NCBI GenBank assembly: GCA_964590105.1
Contig: CAZPYM010000002.1
Location: forward strand, 154,697-218,696
Reading direction: 5' to 3'
DNA: 64,000 bases
From: an uncultured Gammaproteobacteria bacterium
GTDB taxonomy: Bacteria; Patescibacteriota; Patescibacteriia; UBA11705; JABHMO01
The notes beneath the pieces were generated by a model. It was not told where the DNA came from. It searched no databases and saw only the letters and a program-made list of their open reading frames with translations. Of this stretch, positions 17,751 to 25,242 are shown piece by piece; the first letter of the stretch is position 1; each line of letters opens with the position of its first letter. The translations under genes and the position numbers were made by a program.

Positions 17751-18233
17751 ATGGATTTAAACAGAGCCATGATTATTGGGCGCCTGACTCGTGATCCGGA
17801 GGCGCGAACTACACCGCAGGGGACAGCGGTTGCCAGTTTTTCAGTAGCTACAAATTTTATCTGGGTTGATCAAAACGGCCAGCGCCAGGAAAAAGTCGAG
17901 TATCACAATGTGGTTGTTTGGCGCAAGCTGGCCGACATTTGCACTCAATATTTGCGCAAGGGAAGCAAGGTTTATCTGGACGGCCGTCTGCAAACGCGCG
18001 ATTGGGAAGGGCAGGATGGCGTCAAGAGGTATCGGACTGAAATCGTTGCTGACAACATGATCATGCTTGACCGAGCTGATGCCGGGTCTCGTCCAGCCAC
18101 TCCATTTTCAGCGCCGACAGCACCGGTTAGCGGGCCTCAGATTTCAGAGTTTCCTGGCACGGAAATTCCAGTGAGCGGTAGCGAGAGCGATAACGCAGAT
18201 GACGAAATTAAAATTGAAAACATTCCATTCTAA
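17751..18233 (+). CDS. ssb: Single-stranded DNA-binding protein.
   Basis: OB-fold N-terminus, Gly/Pro-rich linker, acidic ...DDEIKIENIPF tip. Confidence 0.9.
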   Translation: MDLNRAMIIGRLTRDPEARTTPQGTAVASFSVATNFIWVDQNGQRQEKVEYHNVVVWRKLADICTQYLRKGSKVYLDGRLQTRDWEGQDGVKRYRTEIVADNMIMLDRADAGSRPATPFSAPTAPVSGPQISEFPGTEIPVSGSESDNADDEIKIENIPF

Positions 18234-18315
18234 TTAAATTCAGGACAGGGAATTTATACCGGATAATAATACATTGATCCGGTCTGGCGGGAAGATTTTC
18301 TTTCCCCCAGTTCAA

Positions 18316-18564
18316 ATGAAATCCCGGTTCTCTGATAATATGAAACCCACTACTCAAATCAAGGAAAAGAAATGTTATTTTTGCGACAACGGAATCAAGG
18401 AAATAGATTACAAAGATGGTCAGACACTCCGGAAATTTATTTCTTCTTACGCAAAGATAATGCCACGCCGAAGAACAAGACTTTGTTCCAAGCACCAACG
18501 AAAAATCGCCATGGCCATCAAACGCGCGCGCATTATGGCGATACTTCCTTTTGTAAACCGTTAA
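18316..18564 (+). CDS. rpsR: 30S ribosomal protein S18.
   Basis: KKCYFCDNGIKEIDYKDGQTLRKFIS...RRRTRLCSKHQRKIAMAIKRARIMAILPF. The start codon is uncertain: candidates at 18274, 18316 and 18340. Confidence 0.82.
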   Translation: MKSRFSDNMKPTTQIKEKKCYFCDNGIKEIDYKDGQTLRKFISSYAKIMPRRRTRLCSKHQRKIAMAIKRARIMAILPFVNR

Positions 18565-18650
18565 AATGCTTGATTTACTGATTTATTACGTGATATTACT
18601 GATTAGATATCGCGTAGTATCAGTTAAAATCATGTAGATCAAGTTTTTTT

Positions 18651-19214
18651 ATGCTAGACATTAGTCAAATTCGCCTTGGATCTGTAGTAAAGCACGATGG
18701 TGAACCATATGTGGTTACCTTGTGTAATCAAAAACAGGTCGGACGTGGCGGATCAATCAAAACAATAAAAATTAAAAACCTGATTTCCGGAAAAGTTCTG
18801 GAAAAAACTATTCAGGGCAATGAAAAAATGGCTGAGGCGGACTTGTCTCGTGGCCAAGCCACTTATTTATATTCTGACGGCGGCGAGGCGCATTTCATGG
18901 ATGCGGAAAGTTTTGAGCAGTTTAGTTTAAATAAGGAGAACATCGGCGCCGGAATTAATTTTTTAAAAGACGGAACAGAAGTTACTGTTTTGACTTTTGA
19001 AAGCAGGCCCGTCGCTATTCAGGTGCCGGTAAAAGTTGAATTGCGGGTGGAATCAGCTCCGCCGGCTGTCAAAGGCGACACCGCCGGAACCGCTACGAAA
19101 ACCATTACCCTTGAAACCGGCTATGAAGTCAATGCCCCGTTATTTATAAAAGAAGGCGATATAGTGAGAATCAATACGGAAACCGGGGGGTATGTAGAGA
19201 GAGTGAAAAGTTAA
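18651..19214 (+). CDS. efp: Elongation factor P.
   Basis: 187 aa with canonical EF-P sequence over three domains. Confidence 0.93.
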   Translation: MLDISQIRLGSVVKHDGEPYVVTLCNQKQVGRGGSIKTIKIKNLISGKVLEKTIQGNEKMAEADLSRGQATYLYSDGGEAHFMDAESFEQFSLNKENIGAGINFLKDGTEVTVLTFESRPVAIQVPVKVELRVESAPPAVKGDTAGTATKTITLETGYEVNAPLFIKEGDIVRINTETGGYVERVKS

Positions 19215-19311
19215 AAGGTAAAAGTTGAAATCCGAAAGTTGAAGGTTGAAAGATTGAAGTTGAGGGTCATGACTGTAGTAATTAAAAAAAGAAGATAAAA
19301 AAACATACAAA

Positions 19312-19342
19312 AACAACGCTCTCGCTCGGAGTGTTGTTTTTT
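19312..19342. terminator. Intrinsic terminator of the AACAAC...CGGAGTGTTGTT family (copy 1).
   Basis: aacaacgctctcgctcggagtgttgtttttt. Confidence 0.6.
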
Positions 19343-19346
19343 AATC

Positions 19347-19375
19347 TTGACAAAGTTAATAACTTTTGCTATACT
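19347..19375 (+). promoter_or_regulatory. Sigma70-type promoter TTGACA-17-TATACT.
   Basis: Perfect -35, 17-nt spacer, TATACT. SD CAGGAGGAGAGAATG at 19411. Confidence 0.55.
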
Positions 19376-19410
19376 TTTTTGTTCTGCAATTGGCAAACCA
19401 GGAGGAGAGA

Positions 19411-19650
19411 ATGGCTGAAATTACGCGCTTCGGAATAGACATAGCGGTCAATACTCATTTGGATGGCACGCGCATTCATTACCTGTTTGCGCAGGTTGTG
19501 CCGCAATTGAAGACTGATGATTCCGGAAACGTTGTGCCGGAACAGATTGAAAATTTCAGAAAATCTCTCCGCGCCGCCTCGCGTGAGGCGCCGGATGAAG
19601 TCACGGCAATGAAGTGCCGAAAGTTGTTGGCGTTCTTACGCCAATTCTAA
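19411..19650 (+). CDS. Small hypothetical protein (79 aa). High-GC cassette gene.
   Basis: Internal Met start with strong SD. Flanked by two family terminators. Noticeably GC-richer than neighbours. Confidence 0.45.
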   Translation: MAEITRFGIDIAVNTHLDGTRIHYLFAQVVPQLKTDDSGNVVPEQIENFRKSLRAASREAPDEVTAMKCRKLLAFLRQF

Positions 19651-19658
19651 AACCAATC

Positions 19659-19692
19659 AAAACAACACCCGCGCACGGAGTGTTGTTTTTTT
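19659..19692. terminator. Intrinsic terminator of the AACAAC...CGGAGTGTTGTT family (copy 2).
   Basis: aacaacacccgcgcacggagtgttgttttttt. Confidence 0.6.
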
Positions 19693-19695
19693 GTT

Positions 19696-20892
19696 TTATA
19701 TCACCTGATTCTTGCGAAGAATTGATAAAATGATTATTCCGGACGCAAGAGTTGTAAACGCTAAAACTGTCAGAGCCTCGCCAAGTGTATAAATATCGGC
19801 AATCCAGCCAATGACCGGGATGATTATCGCATACAACAATCTGCCGATAAAACTTTCTGCGGATAAAATAGTCGCTCTTATACCAGAGGTTGTCAGTTGG
19901 TTTATATAATCCGTCACGACTGCGTTTTTGAATCCCCTGACAAATTGCTGAATAAAACAGAACGAAAAACTGAAAAGAAAAACAAAATTGCTCATCAAGA
20001 AGTAACTTCCCGCGACAAGAAATATCAACATGGCCAGAGAATACTTTTGGCCAAGTTTCGCCTCAATTCTGTGCGCGTACTTTGATGAAAAAGCGGCGAC
20101 GATCTGGAATCCCGCGAAGACAAAACCAAAGTAAGCAATATCTAATCCTGAAAACTTGAAATACGGCTGATATAGCCACAAAGCTGATTGGTTGAACGCA
20201 TAAATAATTCCGGAATAGATAATGATCCACCTCAATTTTTTGTTTTCCGTAAGCGTGACTTTTATTACTTTTAATAATTCCCTGGCGTAACCTCGGTCAA
20301 AAATCAGTTTATGTCTTTTGGGTTCCTGCATTGAAAAGGTTAATGGAATCATTAGGGCAAAAAACGGGATTGAAGCATAAAGCGTGTATCTTAAATCTAT
20401 TTTTGCAATAAAACCACCGAGAACGCTTGATAATGCCAAGGCAATCATTCCGTAAAAAAGCGCATTACCCCATATCTTTTTGTAATTTTTTTCTTGGCCG
20501 AGATCTTGCAGGGTATCATAAACAAAGGCGGAGGCTGTTCCCGAGGTAAAAGAAACAGTCAAGGCAAAAAATATTTCCGCAATTAGAAATTGGAAAAAGT
20601 TGTGCCCGAGACTGTAGATGGCGATAGCGATCAAACCGGTTGCCGCCGCGATAATTAGAGTTTTTTTTCTGCCATAAACGTCGGCGAAATAGCCCGTTGG
20701 AATTTCAAGAATTACCGCGCAAATTGCAAAAATTGATTGCAAAATCATTACTTCTGTCAGAGACAAGCCGTTTTCCTGCCAGAATAGAACCATTATGGGT
20801 ACAGAAAAAAACATTCCCGCTAGAACCTTGTGCAAGTAAAATTTCCAAATGTTATTTTGCAGTTTATTTTTCTTTGCTTCCGGGTTATTCAT
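19696..20892 (-). CDS. MFS transporter.
   Basis: 12-TM pattern with a typical MFS loop motif between TM2 and TM3. A start at the internal Met (MNNPEAKK) avoids overlap with the downstream gene. Confidence 0.75.
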   Translation of the reverse strand: MNNPEAKKNKLQNNIWKFYLHKVLAGMFFSVPIMVLFWQENGLSLTEVMILQSIFAICAVILEIPTGYFADVYGRKKTLIIAAATGLIAIAIYSLGHNFFQFLIAEIFFALTVSFTSGTASAFVYDTLQDLGQEKNYKKIWGNALFYGMIALALSSVLGGFIAKIDLRYTLYASIPFFALMIPLTFSMQEPKRHKLIFDRGYARELLKVIKVTLTENKKLRWIIIYSGIIYAFNQSALWLYQPYFKFSGLDIAYFGFVFAGFQIVAAFSSKYAHRIEAKLGQKYSLAMLIFLVAGSYFLMSNFVFLFSFSFCFIQQFVRGFKNAVVTDYINQLTTSGIRATILSAESFIGRLLYAIIIPVIGWIADIYTLGEALTVLAFTTLASGIIILSILRKNQVI

Positions 20893-21415
20893 AAAGTGCA
20901 ATTTCTTTTTTAATTTGCTCAGCAATAATTTCAGGATTGTCATGTGAAAAAACAGTTATATCGCCAAGCCCTTTGTAGCTGTGAAATCGTTGAGTGAATT
21001 TTATTTTTTCCTTGTCTTCCGCTAGGCCGAAGCCTCTTGAAAGTTGTCTTTTGATCACAATCCGGAGACTTTCATCAAGAGACTCAGATGGTAGGAGCAA
21101 GATTGAAAAACCTGACTCTTTTAAGGTTTGTCTATGTTTTGAGGTTAATTTGTCAAGACCCTCATGGACTAAAAATCCGGAGGATAGAGCGAAAACAAAA
21201 TTTTTATAATTTTCGCTTAGAACCTTGTAAAATAGTTGAGAATTCTCAACGCAATATTTTTCATAACCATTATTATTTATGAAGGTGCCGACATTTTCAA
21301 CGCGATTGCAAAATTCGGCATCCAGGTCAATAAAATTATAGCCCAGCAATTTCGCTAAAATTATGCCGCAGGTCGTTTTGCCGACTCCGCCGGGGCCGAT
21401 TAAGAATATTTTCAT
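20885..21415 (-). CDS. Shikimate-kinase-like P-loop NTPase.
   Basis: Start at the internal Met (MKIFLIGPGGVGKTTCGIILAKLLGYNFIDLD). Walker A and an AroK-like N-terminus. Substrate unknown. Confidence 0.55.
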   Translation of the reverse strand: MKIFLIGPGGVGKTTCGIILAKLLGYNFIDLDAEFCNRVENVGTFINNNGYEKYCVENSQLFYKVLSENYKNFVFALSSGFLVHEGLDKLTSKHRQTLKESGFSILLLPSESLDESLRIVIKRQLSRGFGLAEDKEKIKFTQRFHSYKGLGDITVFSHDNPEIIAEQIKKEIALYE

Positions 21416-21419
21416 AGAA

Positions 21420-21437
21420 AAATTACAAATTACAGAT
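21420..21437. repeat. TACAAAT/TACAGAT heptamer pair 5 nt upstream of the kinase start. 15 nt are identical to the rbfA leader.
   Basis: aaattacaaattacagat. Exact 15-mer aaattacaaattaca is also at 49199-49213. Confidence 0.55.
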
Positions 21438-21443
21438 CCCCTC

Positions 21444-21477
21444 AAAACAACACCCGCGCTCGGAGTGTTGTTTTTTG
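21444..21477. terminator. Intrinsic terminator of the AACAAC...CGGAGTGTTGTT family (copy 3).
   Basis: aacaacacccgcgctcggagtgttgtttttt. Confidence 0.6.
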
Positions 21478-21497
21478 TTGAGTATAATTCGGCGCCG

Positions 21498-22190
21498 CTA
21501 AGCCGTTACCTTTTTCATATAGGCCAACCAAAAATTTCTTTTGTAGCTTTGTCCTTTGAATCTGGTATAGCTGGTTTTTTTCAGTAGTTTGATAATTTTA
21601 AAATATTTTGAATAAAGATTAATAAAATCCTGCCCAATAAAAACTCTTTCAATTAAATGCATATCTTCATTAACGTAAGTATCAGGCTCCGGTCCGGGGT
21701 TAATTTTGAGTAATGCTTTGGCGTTTTTGTCGCCTTCTTTGCACAAAGCTTTCACAAAAAAATAGCCGTTTTCTTTTAATACTCTATGCGTCTCAGATAA
21801 ATATATATACCTCTCTTTTTCATTTAATGAATTGGAAGAGGTGACGTCGAGCGCCAGATCAAATGTTGCGTCTTCAAACGGATATTCTGATCCGATATTA
21901 TGAAGTTTATAATCGACTTTAATTTCCAGCTCTTTGGCTCGGGATATTGCAAGGCCAATTGCCGTCTGGGATATTTCCAGGCCGGCAACTTTGTTGCCCA
22001 GTTCTGCTAAATAATTGGCATTTCGGCCGGTGCCGCACCCCAGATCCAGTATTGCCAGGTTTTCCGGTTTAATGTTTTCCTGCTTTTTTAAGAATTTCAA
22101 AAAGCGCAGTACATCCTTTTGCGGATTGCCTTCTTTTGTGACCAATTGTGGTCTTTGATATTCGTTTTCCCAGGCAGCGGTTTGAGGCAT
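21498..22190 (-). CDS. Class I SAM-dependent methyltransferase.
   Basis: ILDLGCGTGRNANYL motif I. 230 aa. Confidence 0.8.
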   Translation of the reverse strand: MPQTAAWENEYQRPQLVTKEGNPQKDVLRFLKFLKKQENIKPENLAILDLGCGTGRNANYLAELGNKVAGLEISQTAIGLAISRAKELEIKVDYKLHNIGSEYPFEDATFDLALDVTSSNSLNEKERYIYLSETHRVLKENGYFFVKALCKEGDKNAKALLKINPGPEPDTYVNEDMHLIERVFIGQDFINLYSKYFKIIKLLKKTSYTRFKGQSYKRNFWLAYMKKVTA

Positions 22191-22203
22191 AAGTTATACG
22201 CTG
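22126..22203. repeat. Left copy of a 78-bp direct repeat (methyltransferase start codon plus first 25 codons).
   Basis: 75 of 78 nt identical to 24305..24382. Confidence 0.85.
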
Positions 22204-22224
22204 TTGCGTGTTGTTATAAAATAA

Positions 22225-22872
22225 TTAATTTGAAGCTTTGGCCGGGTTAACTTTTATTTCGGCAGAACCATTGCCTATTTTTTTGTAGCCTGCCGGAAAG
22301 GTATCTGTATCCAGTTCCATTCCGGTCACGCAATCAATCCCTAGCCCATAACATGAATGAGTCTTTTTCATCTCGCGTTCCAACAACTCCTGCCGGTTTC
22401 TTTCCGTATAGTGTGGCTCAATGATGGTGTCTTTAATAATTCCTAACCCCCTGCGAAGAGTACTCTTGCCCTGGCCACTTGTCGATCGAAAATGAGTAGC
22501 CAGTACCTTGCCCCCTGCCGACTCTCCAATAATATATTGGGCATTCCGGATTAACTTTACCAGTTGTGGATTTGATTGGATTTTTTTTAGTAGATTTGCG
22601 CTGTTGCTTCCACCGCTAATAAAAATTAGTGGTGATTGGGCCTTGGCAATATCTTCTGTGTTTTGAGCATTAAGGTAATCTGCGCCTTTCAGATGAATGT
22701 ACTTATTGAACCAATCTCCCCGCCATTCAATATCACTTGATTCTGTTCTCGCGAAGGGGATATGCAGAATTTGTTTTGCTTTTAACTGCAGCATCACTTC
22801 TTCAATAAGTTTGAGTAGCGGTTCCACCTGACCTCGATTTACTTCCGCTCCCCCAAAGAGAAAAATTTTCAT
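22225..22872 (-). CDS. Peptidase S51 (dipeptidase E / cyanophycinase-like) family protein.
   Basis: IGESAGG nucleophile elbow. Class-I glutamine-amidotransferase-like fold pattern. Confidence 0.6.
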   Translation of the reverse strand: MKIFLFGGAEVNRGQVEPLLKLIEEVMLQLKAKQILHIPFARTESSDIEWRGDWFNKYIHLKGADYLNAQNTEDIAKAQSPLIFISGGSNSANLLKKIQSNPQLVKLIRNAQYIIGESAGGKVLATHFRSTSGQGKSTLRRGLGIIKDTIIEPHYTERNRQELLEREMKKTHSCYGLGIDCVTGMELDTDTFPAGYKKIGNGSAEIKVNPAKASN

Positions 22873-22985
22873 GGTTTTTACTGATTATTATTATTATTGT
22901 TTTGTTACGACGCACAACTTGGTATTAGGCGAAAGTGAGCGGAACAGAGTGGAGCGAAAGCGTAGCGTCCCCTTGAGGAGCTCTT

Positions 22986-23552
22986 TCAAAATTCAGCGAT
23001 AATCCAAAAACCGCCCCTTTTTCTTTTTTGATGATATCCAATCTTCATTGATTCGAGAAGTTTATTGAGTTTTACAGCTCTGATTTTTGGTTTATCTATT
23101 TTAGGATCAACCAAAGTAATATCATCATTCTTTATTGATTGGATCAATGACAAATGACCATGACCTTGTCCGTATAAAATTCTATTGTTAATACAAACCA
23201 TTATATCATTACCTTTCTTCAAGTTATCCATAATAAATTCCTTCGAATTTTCAACTTTTTCAACAGGATAATATGTTTCTTTTAGTTTAATATTATTCTT
23301 CAAAAATAATTTATTTATTGAATATTTTTCTTTATGGGTTTGCGTTCCATATTCTTCGTCTGGATCATCTTTAACAATAGCTTTTGTGAATAAATGGGCA
23401 TTTTTTGAAGAAACAACTAAACCCAATTGATTGCCAATTTCTTCTTGTGAGCCATGATCAATTTTTCTTCTATCTAAAATCATGGTTAAGCATGCTGGAC
23501 AACAGCAATGAGGCAATTGAGTAATTGGTTTATAGGGAGGTTTCTGGTCCAT
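22986..23552 (-). CDS. Standalone C39-like (papain-fold, double-glycine-type) cysteine peptidase domain protein.
   Basis: ITQLPHCCCPACLTMIL matches the C39 Q-x4-C-G-x-ACLxMxL catalytic Cys region. GHGHLSLI ... DDITLVDP supplies His/Asp. Confidence 0.5.
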   Translation of the reverse strand: MDQKPPYKPITQLPHCCCPACLTMILDRRKIDHGSQEEIGNQLGLVVSSKNAHLFTKAIVKDDPDEEYGTQTHKEKYSINKLFLKNNIKLKETYYPVEKVENSKEFIMDNLKKGNDIMVCINNRILYGQGHGHLSLIQSIKNDDITLVDPKIDKPKIRAVKLNKLLESMKIGYHQKRKRGGFWIIAEF

Positions 23553-23710
23553 AGAATTGAATATATTAATGGAAAGTTATAAATTTTTTGATTCGTTTTC
23601 TTATTGTAATTCATAAAAAGAAAAGGTAAAAATTTGGGTGGAGTAAACGAGGAAACTTAACTAATTTACCTTGTATTAAAGTCTTTTTTCAATTTTTTTC
23701 GTCGCCGAGC

Positions 23711-23738
23711 TTGACATATTGTTGGAATCTGTTATACT
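23711..23738 (+). promoter_or_regulatory. Sigma70-type promoter TTGACA-16-TATACT.
   Basis: Consensus hexamers. SD AGGGAGGGTAAGATG at 23795. Confidence 0.5.
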
Positions 23739-23794
23739 AAAAAGTTAGCAATTGTGCTGACAACCTTGTTAACGTTGTAGCAAGGGAGGGTAAG

Positions 23795-24226
23795 ATGGCA
23801 AAAGTGTCAGTAGAACGACGCGTCGAGCAGGTTTACAACGGCAGACACTACAAGGGCTACGTAAAGGTCGCCGATAGCAAATTCGACTATGAGCTCGTGT
23901 TCGGAGTTCCGATCGACAAAATGAAGCCGGTCAAGGATGAAAACGAGGTTCGCCGTCTCTTCCAGATCACGGTGAAGCGCGGTAACGTGAACATCGAGCT
24001 TACGAAGGAGGAATACGGCTTCTTTTTCTCGATGGTCGTGGAGTTGGCGGTAAAATTCTACAACAACCCGCAAACCAGAGTGATGGGTATGCTGGTTCAG
24101 GACAGAGGTCCGATGGCTGCCTTTGGTGCTTCCTGTTCGATCTGCATGACGAATAGCGGGTTGTGCGATTTTCCGTCGGAGCTTTGCGAGATGCTGAGTG
24201 CACCGAAGTTTGGTTGTACGTTCTAA
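23795..24226 (+). CDS. Hypothetical 143 aa protein with C-terminal six-Cys segment (GASCSICMTNSGLCDFPSELCEMLSAPKFGCTF). High-GC cassette gene.
   Basis: Strong SD plus consensus promoter plus terminator. GC clearly above the backbone. Confidence 0.5.
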   Translation: MAKVSVERRVEQVYNGRHYKGYVKVADSKFDYELVFGVPIDKMKPVKDENEVRRLFQITVKRGNVNIELTKEEYGFFFSMVVELAVKFYNNPQTRVMGMLVQDRGPMAAFGASCSICMTNSGLCDFPSELCEMLSAPKFGCTF

Positions 24227-24249
24227 GCAAGGAAATACCTTGCGCCCGA

Positions 24250-24287
24250 GCCCCTTGCGAAACACGTTTTCGCTTGGGGCTTTTTTC
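24250..24287 (+). terminator. Intrinsic terminator (gccccttgcgaaacacgttttcgcttggggc plus T-run).
   Basis: Long GC stem followed by tttttt. Confidence 0.65.
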
Positions 24288-24304
24288 TTAAAAAAAGAAT
24301 TATT

Positions 24305-24382
24305 TAATTTTTTTCTTTTGCGGATTGCCTTCTTTTGTGACCAATTGGGGTCTTTGATATTCGTTTTCCCAGGCGGCGGTTT
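24305..24382. repeat. Right copy of the 78-bp direct repeat (truncated 5' end of a methyltransferase gene, minus strand).
   Basis: Encodes MPQTAAWENEYQRPQLVTKEGNPQK then runs into unrelated sequence. 3 mismatches versus 22126..22203. Confidence 0.85.
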
Positions 24383-24440
24383 GGGGCATATAAGAACATT
24401 GCAATAATTTTTTATTTTTACGGCGGCGTTTCTCTTTTCG

Positions 24441-25061
24441 CTAGTTACTCACAATTTTAAAACTATTTTCCTTGACTACTACAGCTTGATTGTCCGAAAT
24501 TTTAATTACCTTGTATTTATAGTTTTGACGGTTCTGCAGGTTTTTATCAATTTTATCTTTGAAATTTTTGTCATCATAATGGGGCAAGACAACAAAATCA
24601 ACTAGTGCCAGACCATCATAAGATTTTAATTCAGGAGCTTCTTCTTGATTATCAATGTCTTTTGCTAATTCGGTACTCGGTCCCGCCAGAAGTGTGCCGG
24701 CGCTCGAACCGATATATGTGCCCCCTTTTCCTACAAAGGAAGTTACTATTTCATCAAAACCTGATTTCCTGGTCTCTTGTAATAAATAAAAAGTATTGCC
24801 TCCTGCCACAAAAATAATATCAACACCGGTTATTTCTTTTGAAAGTTGATTCTTTGTTTTGCCTTCCAAGTTGACGTCAATGACTTTAAACCCCAAGTCA
24901 ATCAGTTTGTCTCGGTCTGCCGTTACGAACCAGTTGTCCTTCAGTACATTTCCGGCAGTTGGGATGAAAGCGACCGTTAATTTGGCAGGAGGACAATCAA
25001 GCGATTCTACAAGTTTATTCAATGTGTTTCTGGCAACGGAAGCAAGGAAAAGATTTATCAT
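24441..25061 (-). CDS. Peptidase S51 family protein (divergent paralogue of 22225..22872).
   Basis: Start at the internal Met (MINLF...). IGSSAGT nucleophile elbow. Confidence 0.6.
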   Translation of the reverse strand: MINLFLASVARNTLNKLVESLDCPPAKLTVAFIPTAGNVLKDNWFVTADRDKLIDLGFKVIDVNLEGKTKNQLSKEITGVDIIFVAGGNTFYLLQETRKSGFDEIVTSFVGKGGTYIGSSAGTLLAGPSTELAKDIDNQEEAPELKSYDGLALVDFVVLPHYDDKNFKDKIDKNLQNRQNYKYKVIKISDNQAVVVKENSFKIVSN

Positions 25062-25111
25062 AATGGTCGTACAATAGAGTATGAGATGTAAACGAATTTC
25101 GTCTAACGTTT

Positions 25112-25217
25112 CGGCATATACGATGTTGCACGGGTGTATAATAGCCGACAGGCTACACCCGTGCAATATGGGCGGAGGTTTGCGGAGGTACGGAGCAAAC
25201 CGTAGCCGTATATGCCG
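25112..25217 (-). ncRNA. Candidate structured RNA element (closing stem plus two internal hairpins) in the leader of the S51 peptidase gene.
   Basis: P1 cggcatatacg/cgtatatgccg encloses hairpin gcacgggtgta...tacacccgtgc and hairpin ggtttgc...gcaaacc. Confidence 0.3.
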
Positions 25218-25242
25218 TGTTATATGATGTGCCATTAAATTT

